A stretch of 64,000 bases of DNA from a virus. A model generated the notes under the pieces. That model made no database searches and was not told the DNA's origin. It saw only the letters and a list, made by a program, of their open reading frames with translations. The stretch's first letter is position 1. Each line of letters starts with the position of its first letter. Location: the IMG/VR virus record IMGVR_UViG_3300021093_000007; one strand, 5' to 3'. The translations under genes and the position numbers were made by a program. This document shows, piece after piece, positions 17,283-23,813 of this stretch.

Positions 17283-18270
17283 TCAGAATTATAGTGAAAG
17301 AATGCAGTCTCTCAATAAAGAGATAGACTCTCAATATAATGGTATTGCACTGATTAATGAATCAATGCGATTAAGTTATTATGATCAAATTCTAAAAGAA
17401 TGTAAAGGTAAACGTTGTATTGATGTTGGTTCAGGTAGTGGTGTTCTAGCATTCCTAGCATTAAAGCATAAAGCAAAGCATGTAACCTGTTTTGAACAAA
17501 ATCCAAAGTCTGCTGCTCATATTCAAAATGTAGCAAAAAAAATGGGTTTATCTAAAAAGATTCATGTGATTAATAATGAATTCATTGCATCTAAATTTGA
17601 TTCATATAATGTTAAAGATGTTGATATTCTCTTTCATGAATTGGTAGGATCTTTTATCTGGAATGATATGATGGGTAGTGCATTTAATGTCCCATTACCC
17701 TTTAAAATACTACCATCTGAATATATCATTCATTTTAGTATTATACGTTTAACTATTCAAGATTATAGTCATTTGATTAATATTGAGAATAATCCAGGTA
17801 TCTCAAGAGGAGTAACATTAGACCTGGGTTTATCTCCTAAATTTGCTGAATATTATAATAATGTTATTCACTCAGCAGATCATTATTATCATCATGTTCA
17901 TCTTGTGGATAAAAATAGCACTTTTGTAGGTGTTCGCAATCTATTGCAAGACATCTATCAAACACATGAATTTGAACATATTGGCACTCATGTGTTTGAT
18001 ATTAATAATCCAGAACACTATCAGTCAAATCGTATCATACAGTTTAAGTTACCAGAGATTGATGAACCTTATTTACTTGTGATTCGTCCAATGTTAAAGT
18101 GTGGAGATTCTGTATTAGACTTTAAACATTGTTATACTGCATTCACTGGATATTATACTCCTGTTATTATTCCACCTCATAGTTCTTGTAATGCATTCCG
18201 TTATAAAATCTTTGAAAATGATATGAAAATTGACAAAATAACATTAAAAAAAGGTTTTTCTATTAATTAA
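17272..18270 (+). CDS. Class I SAM-dependent methyltransferase, PRMT-like architecture
   Basis: R..YY..I, IDVGSGSGVLA, VTCFE, DILFHELVG, ILP. Confidence 0.8.
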   Translation: MDFDQNYSERMQSLNKEIDSQYNGIALINESMRLSYYDQILKECKGKRCIDVGSGSGVLAFLALKHKAKHVTCFEQNPKSAAHIQNVAKKMGLSKKIHVINNEFIASKFDSYNVKDVDILFHELVGSFIWNDMMGSAFNVPLPFKILPSEYIIHFSIIRLTIQDYSHLINIENNPGISRGVTLDLGLSPKFAEYYNNVIHSADHYYHHVHLVDKNSTFVGVRNLLQDIYQTHEFEHIGTHVFDINNPEHYQSNRIIQFKLPEIDEPYLLVIRPMLKCGDSVLDFKHCYTAFTGYYTPVIIPPHSSCNAFRYKIFENDMKIDKITLKKGFSIN

Positions 18271-18307
18271 ATGTATTTTTAAATATAAAAGTGTGTTTTT
18301 GTTCTTG

Positions 18308-18336
18308 ATTCTCATTTGCAAATACTTATTGAGAAT
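18308..18336. repeat. 29-bp inverted-repeat element copy 1 (ATTCTCA-N15-TGAGAAT)
   Basis: ATTCTCATTTGCAAATACTTATTGAGAAT, near-identical to 18555-18583. Confidence 0.85.
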
Positions 18337-18356
18337 ACAGTGGTTTATGCTCTTAT

Positions 18357-18386
18357 AATCCCTCTGAATCCCTCTGAATCCTTGTG
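18357..18386 (+). repeat. 10-bp tandem repeat x3 (AATCCCTCTG)
   Basis: AATCCCTCTG AATCCCTCTG AATCCTTGTG. Confidence 0.85.
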
Positions 18387-18400
18387 ATCTTAGGCAGCGT

Positions 18401-18429
18401 ATTATAGCACAACCGCAAAAAAACGTCAA
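18401..18429 (-). promoter_or_regulatory. Strong antisense sigma70 promoter with no credible downstream gene
   Basis: Minus strand TTGACG-17-TATAAT with extended TG. Confidence 0.75.
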
Positions 18430-18462
18430 GACCCGCGAAGAAAAATATAAGGATTCGCACAA

Positions 18463-18600
18463 AATCTCGACGAGACGGGCACTTGACAATCTCGACGAGA
18501 TGTGCATCAAGACTCATAAGATCATCATAAAATCTCGACGAGACCTGCGCGGTTATTCTCAATAACAAATCCTTATTGAGAATCATAAATCTCGACGAGA
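18463..18600. repeat. Four copies of AATCTCGACGAGA (palindrome TCTCG-A-CGAGA)
   Basis: Cores at 18465, 18490, 18533, 18590. Confidence 0.95.
18555..18583. repeat. 29-bp inverted-repeat element copy 2
   Basis: ATTCTCAATAACAAATCCTTATTGAGAAT. Confidence 0.85.
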
Positions 18601-18684
18601 TGTGGGCGAATCCACATATGGTATCATATAAGTTCTCGTTGTGTCATATATAATGCATCGTTATCAATACATTCTTATAAGGTA

Positions 18685-18713
18685 TTGACACAACGGTAAG
18701 TGTGGAGTAAGAT
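18685..18713 (+). promoter_or_regulatory. sigma70 promoter
   Basis: TTGACA-17-TAAGAT. Confidence 0.75.
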
Positions 18714-18737
18714 TACTACAGTTCGCACAAAGTTCTC

Positions 18738-18908
18738 ATGACAACTATCTACGATCAAGCCCGTAAGCATCGTTATCGCGTCACACTGGAACTCGACGTT
18801 CTTGGTGACTTTGATCCTCACAATATTAATTGGGAGAAGATGTTTAAACTTGAATCTGGTGAGAAGTGCGATGCTTATATTGAGGATCTGGATTCTGATA
18901 TCTGGTGA
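18738..18908 (+). CDS. Conserved cyanophage hypothetical protein (56 aa, not in ORF track)
   Basis: MTTIYDQARKHRYRVTLELDVLGDFDPHNINWEKMFKLE..; downstream of promoter. Confidence 0.75.
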   Translation: MTTIYDQARKHRYRVTLELDVLGDFDPHNINWEKMFKLESGEKCDAYIEDLDSDIW

Positions 18909-18921
18909 GGCGTAACTCCTC

Positions 18922-18950
18922 AATATAACATAAAGGGCCTTATGTGTCAA
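18922..18950 (-). promoter_or_regulatory. Antisense sigma70 promoter
   Basis: Minus strand TTGACA-17-TATATT with extended TG. Confidence 0.65.
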
Positions 18951-18975
18951 GGTGGGGGCACATAAGGTCTTTTTA
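18932..18975 (+). terminator. Long hairpin terminator
   Basis: AAAGGGCCTTATGTGTC / GGCACATAAGGTCTTT followed by T-run. Confidence 0.7.
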
Positions 18976-19113
18976 TGTTTTTGTATACTTTTTATAAAAA
19001 AGTTTGCAGGTTCGGTGTCGATGTGTTGATCAGGCAGATACCCCTCTGCCGTTCCCCTAAGGGCGCTGGTTGTCCTTATAAAATAGCACAGAAGATCGGA
19101 AAAGATCCGATGA

Positions 19114-19173
19114 TGTGCCAGTTTTTGAGCAGTCCACTGGTTGGTTGCATGGTGGGTTTGCAGCGGTTATATT
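19114..19173 (+). promoter_or_regulatory. Class A early promoter
   Basis: GTGCCAG-N8-CAGTCCAC; TTGCAT-17-TATATT. Confidence 0.75.
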
Positions 19174-19199
19174 GGCGGAGTCCAACACACCTCAACCCA

Positions 19200-19664
19200 A
19201 TGGGCACTCGTTCTCGCATCGGTTACGAACTTCCTGATCATTCTGTGGTTAGTGTTTACTGCCACTGGGATGGTTATGTTGAACACAATGGTAAGATTCT
19301 GGTAGAGCATTATCAGAACCGCGATGATGTTCAGGACCTGATTAATGGTGGTTCGATGTCATGTCTTCGTACAAATCGTACCTGGGATAGTGCTGCTCTT
19401 CGTGATAAGGAGGGCAATATTATAGAGGATGATGCTGGCATTTGGTCTTATTCTCACACTCGTGAACCACAACCTTTGTATCATACAGAGCGTGGTGAAG
19501 AGTTAGATGTTGATCATACTGATTTTGATCAATTTGTCTCTGGTAAAATGTGCGGTGAAGAGTATGCATACCTGTTCGATTTGAACGGTAACTGGAAAGC
19601 ATACAAGATCGGTTGGGGACCTGTTGAGCGGGTCAATATTCCCAACTATGTGACAGCAGCGTAA
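19200..19664 (+). CDS. Conserved phage hypothetical protein (YCHWDGY family)
   Basis: MGTRSRIG...SVYCHWDGY...G..L...EEYAYLF. Confidence 0.85.
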   Translation: MGTRSRIGYELPDHSVVSVYCHWDGYVEHNGKILVEHYQNRDDVQDLINGGSMSCLRTNRTWDSAALRDKEGNIIEDDAGIWSYSHTREPQPLYHTERGEELDVDHTDFDQFVSGKMCGEEYAYLFDLNGNWKAYKIGWGPVERVNIPNYVTAA

Positions 19665-19708
19665 CTGTCCACCTCGGGGTGCTCCGCACCCCTTCCACCC
19701 CTTATACT
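19650..19708 (+). promoter_or_regulatory. Class A early promoter with stem-loop
   Basis: GTGACAG-N8-CTGTCCAC; GGGGTGC/GCACCCC hairpin; TATACT 19703-19708. Confidence 0.8.
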
Positions 19709-19730
19709 GACATCAGTTCACACCACCCCA

Positions 19731-19880
19731 ATGAACTTCACCATCTCTGAACTCTCTGCTCTTGCTGATCTGATTGCATTCCATGATGATTGGGATGAGT
19801 GCAGCGAAATCGTTGGTTGCGATGTTGCTGTACTTCATGAAAAGATCATGGATCTGATGACTGCTGCAGGAGAAGGTTGA
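19731..19880 (+). CDS. Small acidic protein (49 aa, not in ORF track)
   Basis: First ATG after promoter; TGATG-coupled to next ORF. Confidence 0.65.
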   Translation: MNFTISELSALADLIAFHDDWDECSEIVGCDVAVLHEKIMDLMTAAGEG

Positions 19881-20095
19881 TGGCACTTTCCAACACATCA
19901 ATCAAAAAAATCGCTGCAGCACTTGCTGAAGATGTTGCAGCAGATTTGATTCATGATGACGATTGGTTAGACTTCCTTCATACTGCGATTGGAAATCTGA
20001 TTGTCAACAAACTGGGTCAAATCGATGATGAGGTTCTTGCAGAACTCATTATGATGATCTCTGAAAACTTGTACGTAAAGTCTTATGAATTCTGA
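19880..20095 (+). CDS. Hypothetical protein
   Basis: MALSNTSIKKIAAALAEDV; AGGAG upstream. Confidence 0.75.
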   Translation: MALSNTSIKKIAAALAEDVAADLIHDDDWLDFLHTAIGNLIVNKLGQIDDEVLAELIMMISENLYVKSYEF

Positions 20096-20204
20096 AATTC
20101 AAGAAGTGATGTCAATTGATGAGGCATTCACTGCTGCAATTGAAGAAGAAGCAGCAAAGCTGGAAGTCACTGTAGATTATTATCTGGAGGAATTCTTCCT
20201 CTAG
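20085..20204 (+). CDS. Small acidic protein (39 aa, not in ORF track)
   Basis: IEEEAAKLEVTVDYYLEEF motif. Confidence 0.65.
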   Translation: MNSEIQEVMSIDEAFTAAIEEEAAKLEVTVDYYLEEFFL

Positions 20205-20261
20205 TGGACAGTCTGTGAACTGTCCATAAAATCTCGACGAGACGCGCACCCGCGTTATTAT
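20204..20261 (+). promoter_or_regulatory. Class A early promoter containing a TCTCGACGAGA site at the -35 position
   Basis: GTGGACAG-N8-CTGTCCA; TCTCGACGAGA 20232-20242; TATTAT 20256-20261. Confidence 0.7.
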
Positions 20262-20282
20262 TCATTTGTTCACTTCTGAATC

Positions 20283-20516
20283 ATGAAGTATCAAATCACT
20301 TCCATTGAGTTTGATTGTTCACTTGACGAGGATGACTGGTCAGAATCAGACCAAATCATGACTGAAGAACGCCTCAATGAGGTTTATGTTGGTCAGATTT
20401 GGGATGCTGATGATGAGGAAGATCTCATAGATGAGATTAGCACTGCATCTGGTTGGTGCATCAAATCCATTGATTATCGCCACGTTCTCAAAACCAACAA
20501 CTTTGGAGACAACTGA
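20283..20516 (+). CDS. Acidic conserved cyanophage protein
   Basis: IWDADDEEDLIDEIS..SGWCIKSIDY motif. Confidence 0.8.
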   Translation: MKYQITSIEFDCSLDEDDWSESDQIMTEERLNEVYVGQIWDADDEEDLIDEISTASGWCIKSIDYRHVLKTNNFGDN

Positions 20517-20785
20517 TGTATCGAACTCTTGCTGAACTTCGTGACTCTATCAACCAAATGATTGAGAGTCAAGGTGAGAACGCAGGTTGTGCTGCGTTTG
20601 TATTCACTCAACACGATGTCTTTGAGTATAACGAAGAAGACAATCAAGACCAGTATTTTCCTACTGTCTTCACTCAAGATGTGCTCTGTGATGTAGGAGG
20701 TTCTTCCTACATTTACGAACAGGTTGGTGAGATGATTGATGATGCAATCCGTCTCCGCAAAAAACTTCCCCTCTACGCTAACTGA
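20516..20785 (+). CDS. Acidic hypothetical protein
   Basis: TGATG-coupled. Confidence 0.75.
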   Translation: MYRTLAELRDSINQMIESQGENAGCAAFVFTQHDVFEYNEEDNQDQYFPTVFTQDVLCDVGGSSYIYEQVGEMIDDAIRLRKKLPLYAN

Positions 20786-20786
20786 C

Positions 20787-20960
20787 ATGAACCGTCAAGA
20801 ACTTCTGGATGCCTACATTGATCGCATCCTTGACAACATGAGCACCAAAGATTTGATGCGTTTGGTAGGCGATCAGATCGAAGAAAACCTCTCTGGTTAT
20901 AGCGACGAAGAACTGATTGCAGAGGTTGAAGAATACTATCCTGAACTGCTGGAAGGATAA
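20787..20960 (+). CDS. Acidic hypothetical protein
   Basis: ELIAEVEEYYPELL motif. Confidence 0.75.
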   Translation: MNRQELLDAYIDRILDNMSTKDLMRLVGDQIEENLSGYSDEELIAEVEEYYPELLEG

Positions 20961-21011
20961 GAAACTTTAATGGGTCAGGGGGTTGCAATTCTCGCGGATG
21001 GGTGCCATGAT
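20957..21011 (+). promoter_or_regulatory. Class B promoter with LysR-type T-N11-A box
   Basis: ATAAG-N5-TTAAT 20957-20971, 11 bp, TTGCAA-17-CATGAT. Confidence 0.55.
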
Positions 21012-21035
21012 GACATCAGTTCACGGGAACACCCC

Positions 21036-21167
21036 ATGACCCTCGTCTCCGCCTCTGACATCCAAACCCGCAAACTGGTCTGGATCAAGAACAGCACCGC
21101 CACTGGTGTGCCAGCTGCAGCACCGTCCTATGTGTGGGCAGAACTGGGTCGCCGTGGTATGATTTGA
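21036..21167 (+). CDS. Small hypothetical protein
   Basis: ATG 21036 after promoter. Confidence 0.6.
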   Translation: MTLVSASDIQTRKLVWIKNSTATGVPAAAPSYVWAELGRRGMI

Positions 21168-21420
21168 TCGTTCACCACTGAACTCCAATGCCTGAAATCA
21201 CCTGGATTGATGATCTTCCGATGCCCGCAATGTCGGAAGATGAGTATCAAGAATCCGAACATTATGAGGATTCTGATTGGTGGAATGACCCCAATTGTGT
21301 AATGTCCCGTCATCATTATTGATCATGATTGAATCACTCTTGGCTGCTTACATTGTCGGTCAGGTTATCACTGGACCGAATCAAATCACAACAGATTATC
21401 TCAACGAAGATAATCAGATT

Positions 21421-21477
21421 GTGACAGTTATCGAACCGATCCAAGAGGTTGACACCAACTATTGGTGATGCTATCAT
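21421..21477 (+). promoter_or_regulatory. sigma70 promoter (class A-like)
   Basis: GTGACAG box; TTGACA-17-TATCAT with extended TG. Confidence 0.75.
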
Positions 21478-21486
21478 AGGTTCACA

Positions 21487-21521
21487 AGCGGGGGTGAAGC
21501 ATCCCGCTCAAAACACTTCAC
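21487..21521 (+). ncRNA. Candidate H-type pseudoknot in 5' leader
   Basis: S1 AGCGGG/CCCGCT; S2 GTGAAG/CTTCAC; A-rich linker. Confidence 0.5.
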
Positions 21522-21547
21522 TCAAACCCTTACTTTTTTAATTTATT

Positions 21548-21763
21548 ATGTTTAACTTCACTTCTTCTGCCATCGAAAGCATCTCTGATGTGACTGATGG
21601 TAAAGTGACCGTCACCTTCGTTGGTGGTCGTGAGTACACCTACGCTGTGCCCAATGTTGATCAATTCGTTAGCGAACTGACCAGCACTATCAACGCACGA
21701 GGTAGCGTGGGTCGCTTTGTCAACACTGCGATCAAGAGCGAGCAACTGGTTGCTTCCCTCTGA
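21548..21763 (+). CDS. KTSC-domain nucleic-acid-binding protein
   Basis: SSAIESI....VTVTF.GG.EYTY..P......SVGRFVN. Confidence 0.7.
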   Translation: MFNFTSSAIESISDVTDGKVTVTFVGGREYTYAVPNVDQFVSELTSTINARGSVGRFVNTAIKSEQLVASL

Positions 21764-21772
21764 TAGTAACAG

Positions 21773-21841
21773 ATCTCGTCGAGATTATCACATTTAATCT
21801 CGACGAGTTTATCACACTTACAAATCTCGACTAGGTATCAC
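21773..21841. repeat. Three tandem units ATCTCG(A/T)CGAG..TATCAC; units 1-2 form a 13-bp perfect hairpin
   Basis: Units at 21773, 21797, 21824; CTCGTCGAGATTA-7-TAATCTCGACGAG. Confidence 0.85.
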
Positions 21842-21982
21842 GTATCATGGAAAACACTTCGATTCTGATTTCAATGCTTCGTCAGGGTAGCAATGGTGAA
21901 GAAATCCTTCAGATTCTTGACACCATCACCGCTTCTGATGATACAATGAAACCGACCAGTGAACCAATCGATTTCTGATACA

Positions 21983-22171
21983 ATGGACACCGCATTCGTC
22001 ACGCCTGTATCTAAAAAAGCAAAAAACAGATTTGCTAATTTAATGGACGGAATTGATGAGTGTATTGTAGAACAACACAAAGAGGATAAAGTATTCCTCA
22101 CCAGTCACAACGGTAGAAACCATTTCTGGGTTAATCTAAACAAAGATCCTGACTGGATTGTAGAGTTCTAA
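21983..22171 (+). CDS. Hypothetical protein, paralog of 1388..1588
   Basis: Shared KAKNRFAN.MDG...FWVN. Confidence 0.8.
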   Translation: MDTAFVTPVSKKAKNRFANLMDGIDECIVEQHKEDKVFLTSHNGRNHFWVNLNKDPDWIVEF

Positions 22172-22179
22172 TCTAACAC

Positions 22180-22208
22180 AAAACCACGCCAGAGGGCGTG
22201 GTTTTTTT
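22180..22208. terminator. Bidirectional intrinsic terminator
   Basis: AAAACCACGCC-AGAG-GGCGTGGTTTTTTT. Confidence 0.85.
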
Positions 22209-22281
22209 ATACCTGTATGCTTCCCACCCCTCCCGCCCTCTAGCGTAGGGGCGCTGCCCCCTAGAAGTCAACCCCTGGGCC

Positions 22282-22357
22282 ATAAGAATTTTTGATGTCG
22301 CCCATAAGATTTCCTGATCAGAAAACCCGTTGCGCTGTGCCCGTGATGCTGTAGGAT
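22282..22357 (+). promoter_or_regulatory. Class B promoter with tandem LysR-type boxes
   Basis: ATAA-N7-TGAT-N7-ATAA-N7-TGAT 22282-22318, 11 bp, TTGCGC-16-TAGGAT. Confidence 0.55.
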
Positions 22358-22380
22358 TCTGGCAACGCCAACCCACCCCC

Positions 22381-22998
22381 ATGGCACACACCGATTCGAT
22401 CATCGCAACCTATTTCCAGAGCAACATTCTGGACAGGCAGACAGGTGCCGAATGGTATCACAACGCCTACGAAGTTTGTGTTACTTTGGGCGAAAAGTAT
22501 GGTTTCAATCCTAACACTGTGGCAGGTGTTATCGCTGCACTTTCTCCTAACAACAAATGGGATAGAAATGTGGAGGATGCTGAAACAATGCTCCGCGCCT
22601 ATTGTTATGATCTCCCCTGGGATTCTGTGAAAGTTTGCTCCTACAGTGCAAACAAAGATAAAGCAATTTCTATCATCGAACTGATGCTAGATTCTGATGA
22701 TCTCATCACGAAAGTTCTACGGGGAAACAAAACAATCGCCTTTTATCATTGCATTGCAAAGGATGGAAATTCTGACACTCCCTGCATTGATGGTCACGCC
22801 TACAATGTGTGGAATGGCAGTGTAACTAACCTGAAAGAAGTTCCTGCTATGTCAGACAAAACTTTCGCCATGATTCAAGATGCTTACCGTGACGCTGCTA
22901 AGTTAATCTCAAGCGTGACCGAAAAGTATTATTCAGCGGCGCAGATTCAAGCGATCACCTGGGTAGCGTATCGCAGGATACACAAAAACCTAGTGTGA
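22381..22998 (+). CDS. Conserved phage protein, possibly HhH-glycosylase-like fold
   Basis: WY..A; AGVIAALSP.NKW..N; GNKT.AFY; CIDGHA; QAITW. Confidence 0.75.
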   Translation: MAHTDSIIATYFQSNILDRQTGAEWYHNAYEVCVTLGEKYGFNPNTVAGVIAALSPNNKWDRNVEDAETMLRAYCYDLPWDSVKVCSYSANKDKAISIIELMLDSDDLITKVLRGNKTIAFYHCIAKDGNSDTPCIDGHAYNVWNGSVTNLKEVPAMSDKTFAMIQDAYRDAAKLISSVTEKYYSAAQIQAITWVAYRRIHKNLV

Positions 22999-23032
22999 CG
23001 GATTGTTACAAAGGGTGCCCATCGGGCACCCC

Positions 23033-23076
23033 ACCCTCTAGGATACATTCAAGCGAGGCAAACGGACCTCGCGCAA
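23033..23076 (+). repeat. 44-bp direct repeat copy 1 (-10 TAGGAT plus leader hairpin)
   Basis: ACCCTCTAGGATACATTCAAGCGAGGCAAACGGACCTCGCGCAA identical to 23757-23800. Confidence 0.95.
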
Positions 23077-23088
23077 TTCTTTAACATC

Positions 23089-23265
23089 ATGTGGGCAATT
23101 TCTTCTGAATTCAAGTTCAATGAAGCGGTCGCAGAATTCTATGATGATTTCGATCATGCAAAGGATTGTGCATTTAATTGGAGTGTAGAAATGCACGGTC
23201 AAATTGTCTACATCTTCCGAATGACAACAGGCAAACCTATTCGCTGGATGGCAGTTTTCGCCTGA
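23089..23265 (+). CDS. Hypothetical protein (58 aa, not in ORF track)
   Basis: MWAISSEFKF..DHAKDCAFNWSVEM; follows promoter repeat. Confidence 0.7.
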   Translation: MWAISSEFKFNEAVAEFYDDFDHAKDCAFNWSVEMHGQIVYIFRMTTGKPIRWMAVFA

Positions 23266-23327
23266 TTCTTAACACTCAAGGGGGTGAAATTCCCCCTCCA
23301 TTTTTTACACTTTCCTACCTTAACATC

Positions 23328-23489
23328 ATGGCATTAGGTGTAACGATTCGCTACCAAACTCCCTACAATTCTTGTGAGTGGAGAGAGCAAACGTTTGCTA
23401 CATTTGAGGAGGCAGATCGCATGGCAGCGTTCTATCGTTCCTGCGGATCTCCCGCCGAAATTGTAACTGTAAAGGTGCCACAAAAATGA
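23328..23489 (+). CDS. Conserved cyanophage hypothetical protein
   Basis: IRYQTPYNSCEWR.Q.F...EEA.RM..FYRSCGSPA. Confidence 0.75.
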   Translation: MALGVTIRYQTPYNSCEWREQTFATFEEADRMAAFYRSCGSPAEIVTVKVPQK

Positions 23490-23756
23490 GAACTTTCACC
23501 ATCATTTTTGTGGTGATGTTTCTAATGTCTCCTACAGTTAGAAACAGCACCGCCAACATTCTGCACACTACAGCAAACCTAATTTCAACACAGTGACACA
23601 CTATCCCTCCCGCCTTCGGTATAAACTTCCCGCTGAAAGAATCGCTGAGCTTGTAGAAAAGAATTGCACCACCCTAAGTGATGATGAATGGATGCAATTT
23701 TTTGAGCAAGTCAACATTATTTCAGATTGTGACAAACCCGCTCCCGTGAGCGCCTG

Positions 23757-23800
23757 ACCCTCTAGGATACATTCAAGCGAGGCAAACGGACCTCGCGCAA
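23757..23800 (+). repeat. 44-bp direct repeat copy 2
   Basis: Identical to 23033-23076. Confidence 0.95.
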
Positions 23801-23813
23801 CCCCATCAGACTG

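Noticed and set aside
15164-18270. Complete PKS/fatty-acid cluster around fabF
   Set aside because: No ACP (no DSL-type motif), chain-length factor, reductase or acyltransferase visible nearby
18463-18600. CRISPR mini-array
   Set aside because: Repeat is only 13 bp, gaps are irregular (12, 30, 44 bp), and no cas gene is present
18975-19199. N-terminal 75 aa of the 229-aa track ORF
   Set aside because: Spans promoter elements; the conserved family begins at MGTRS (19200)
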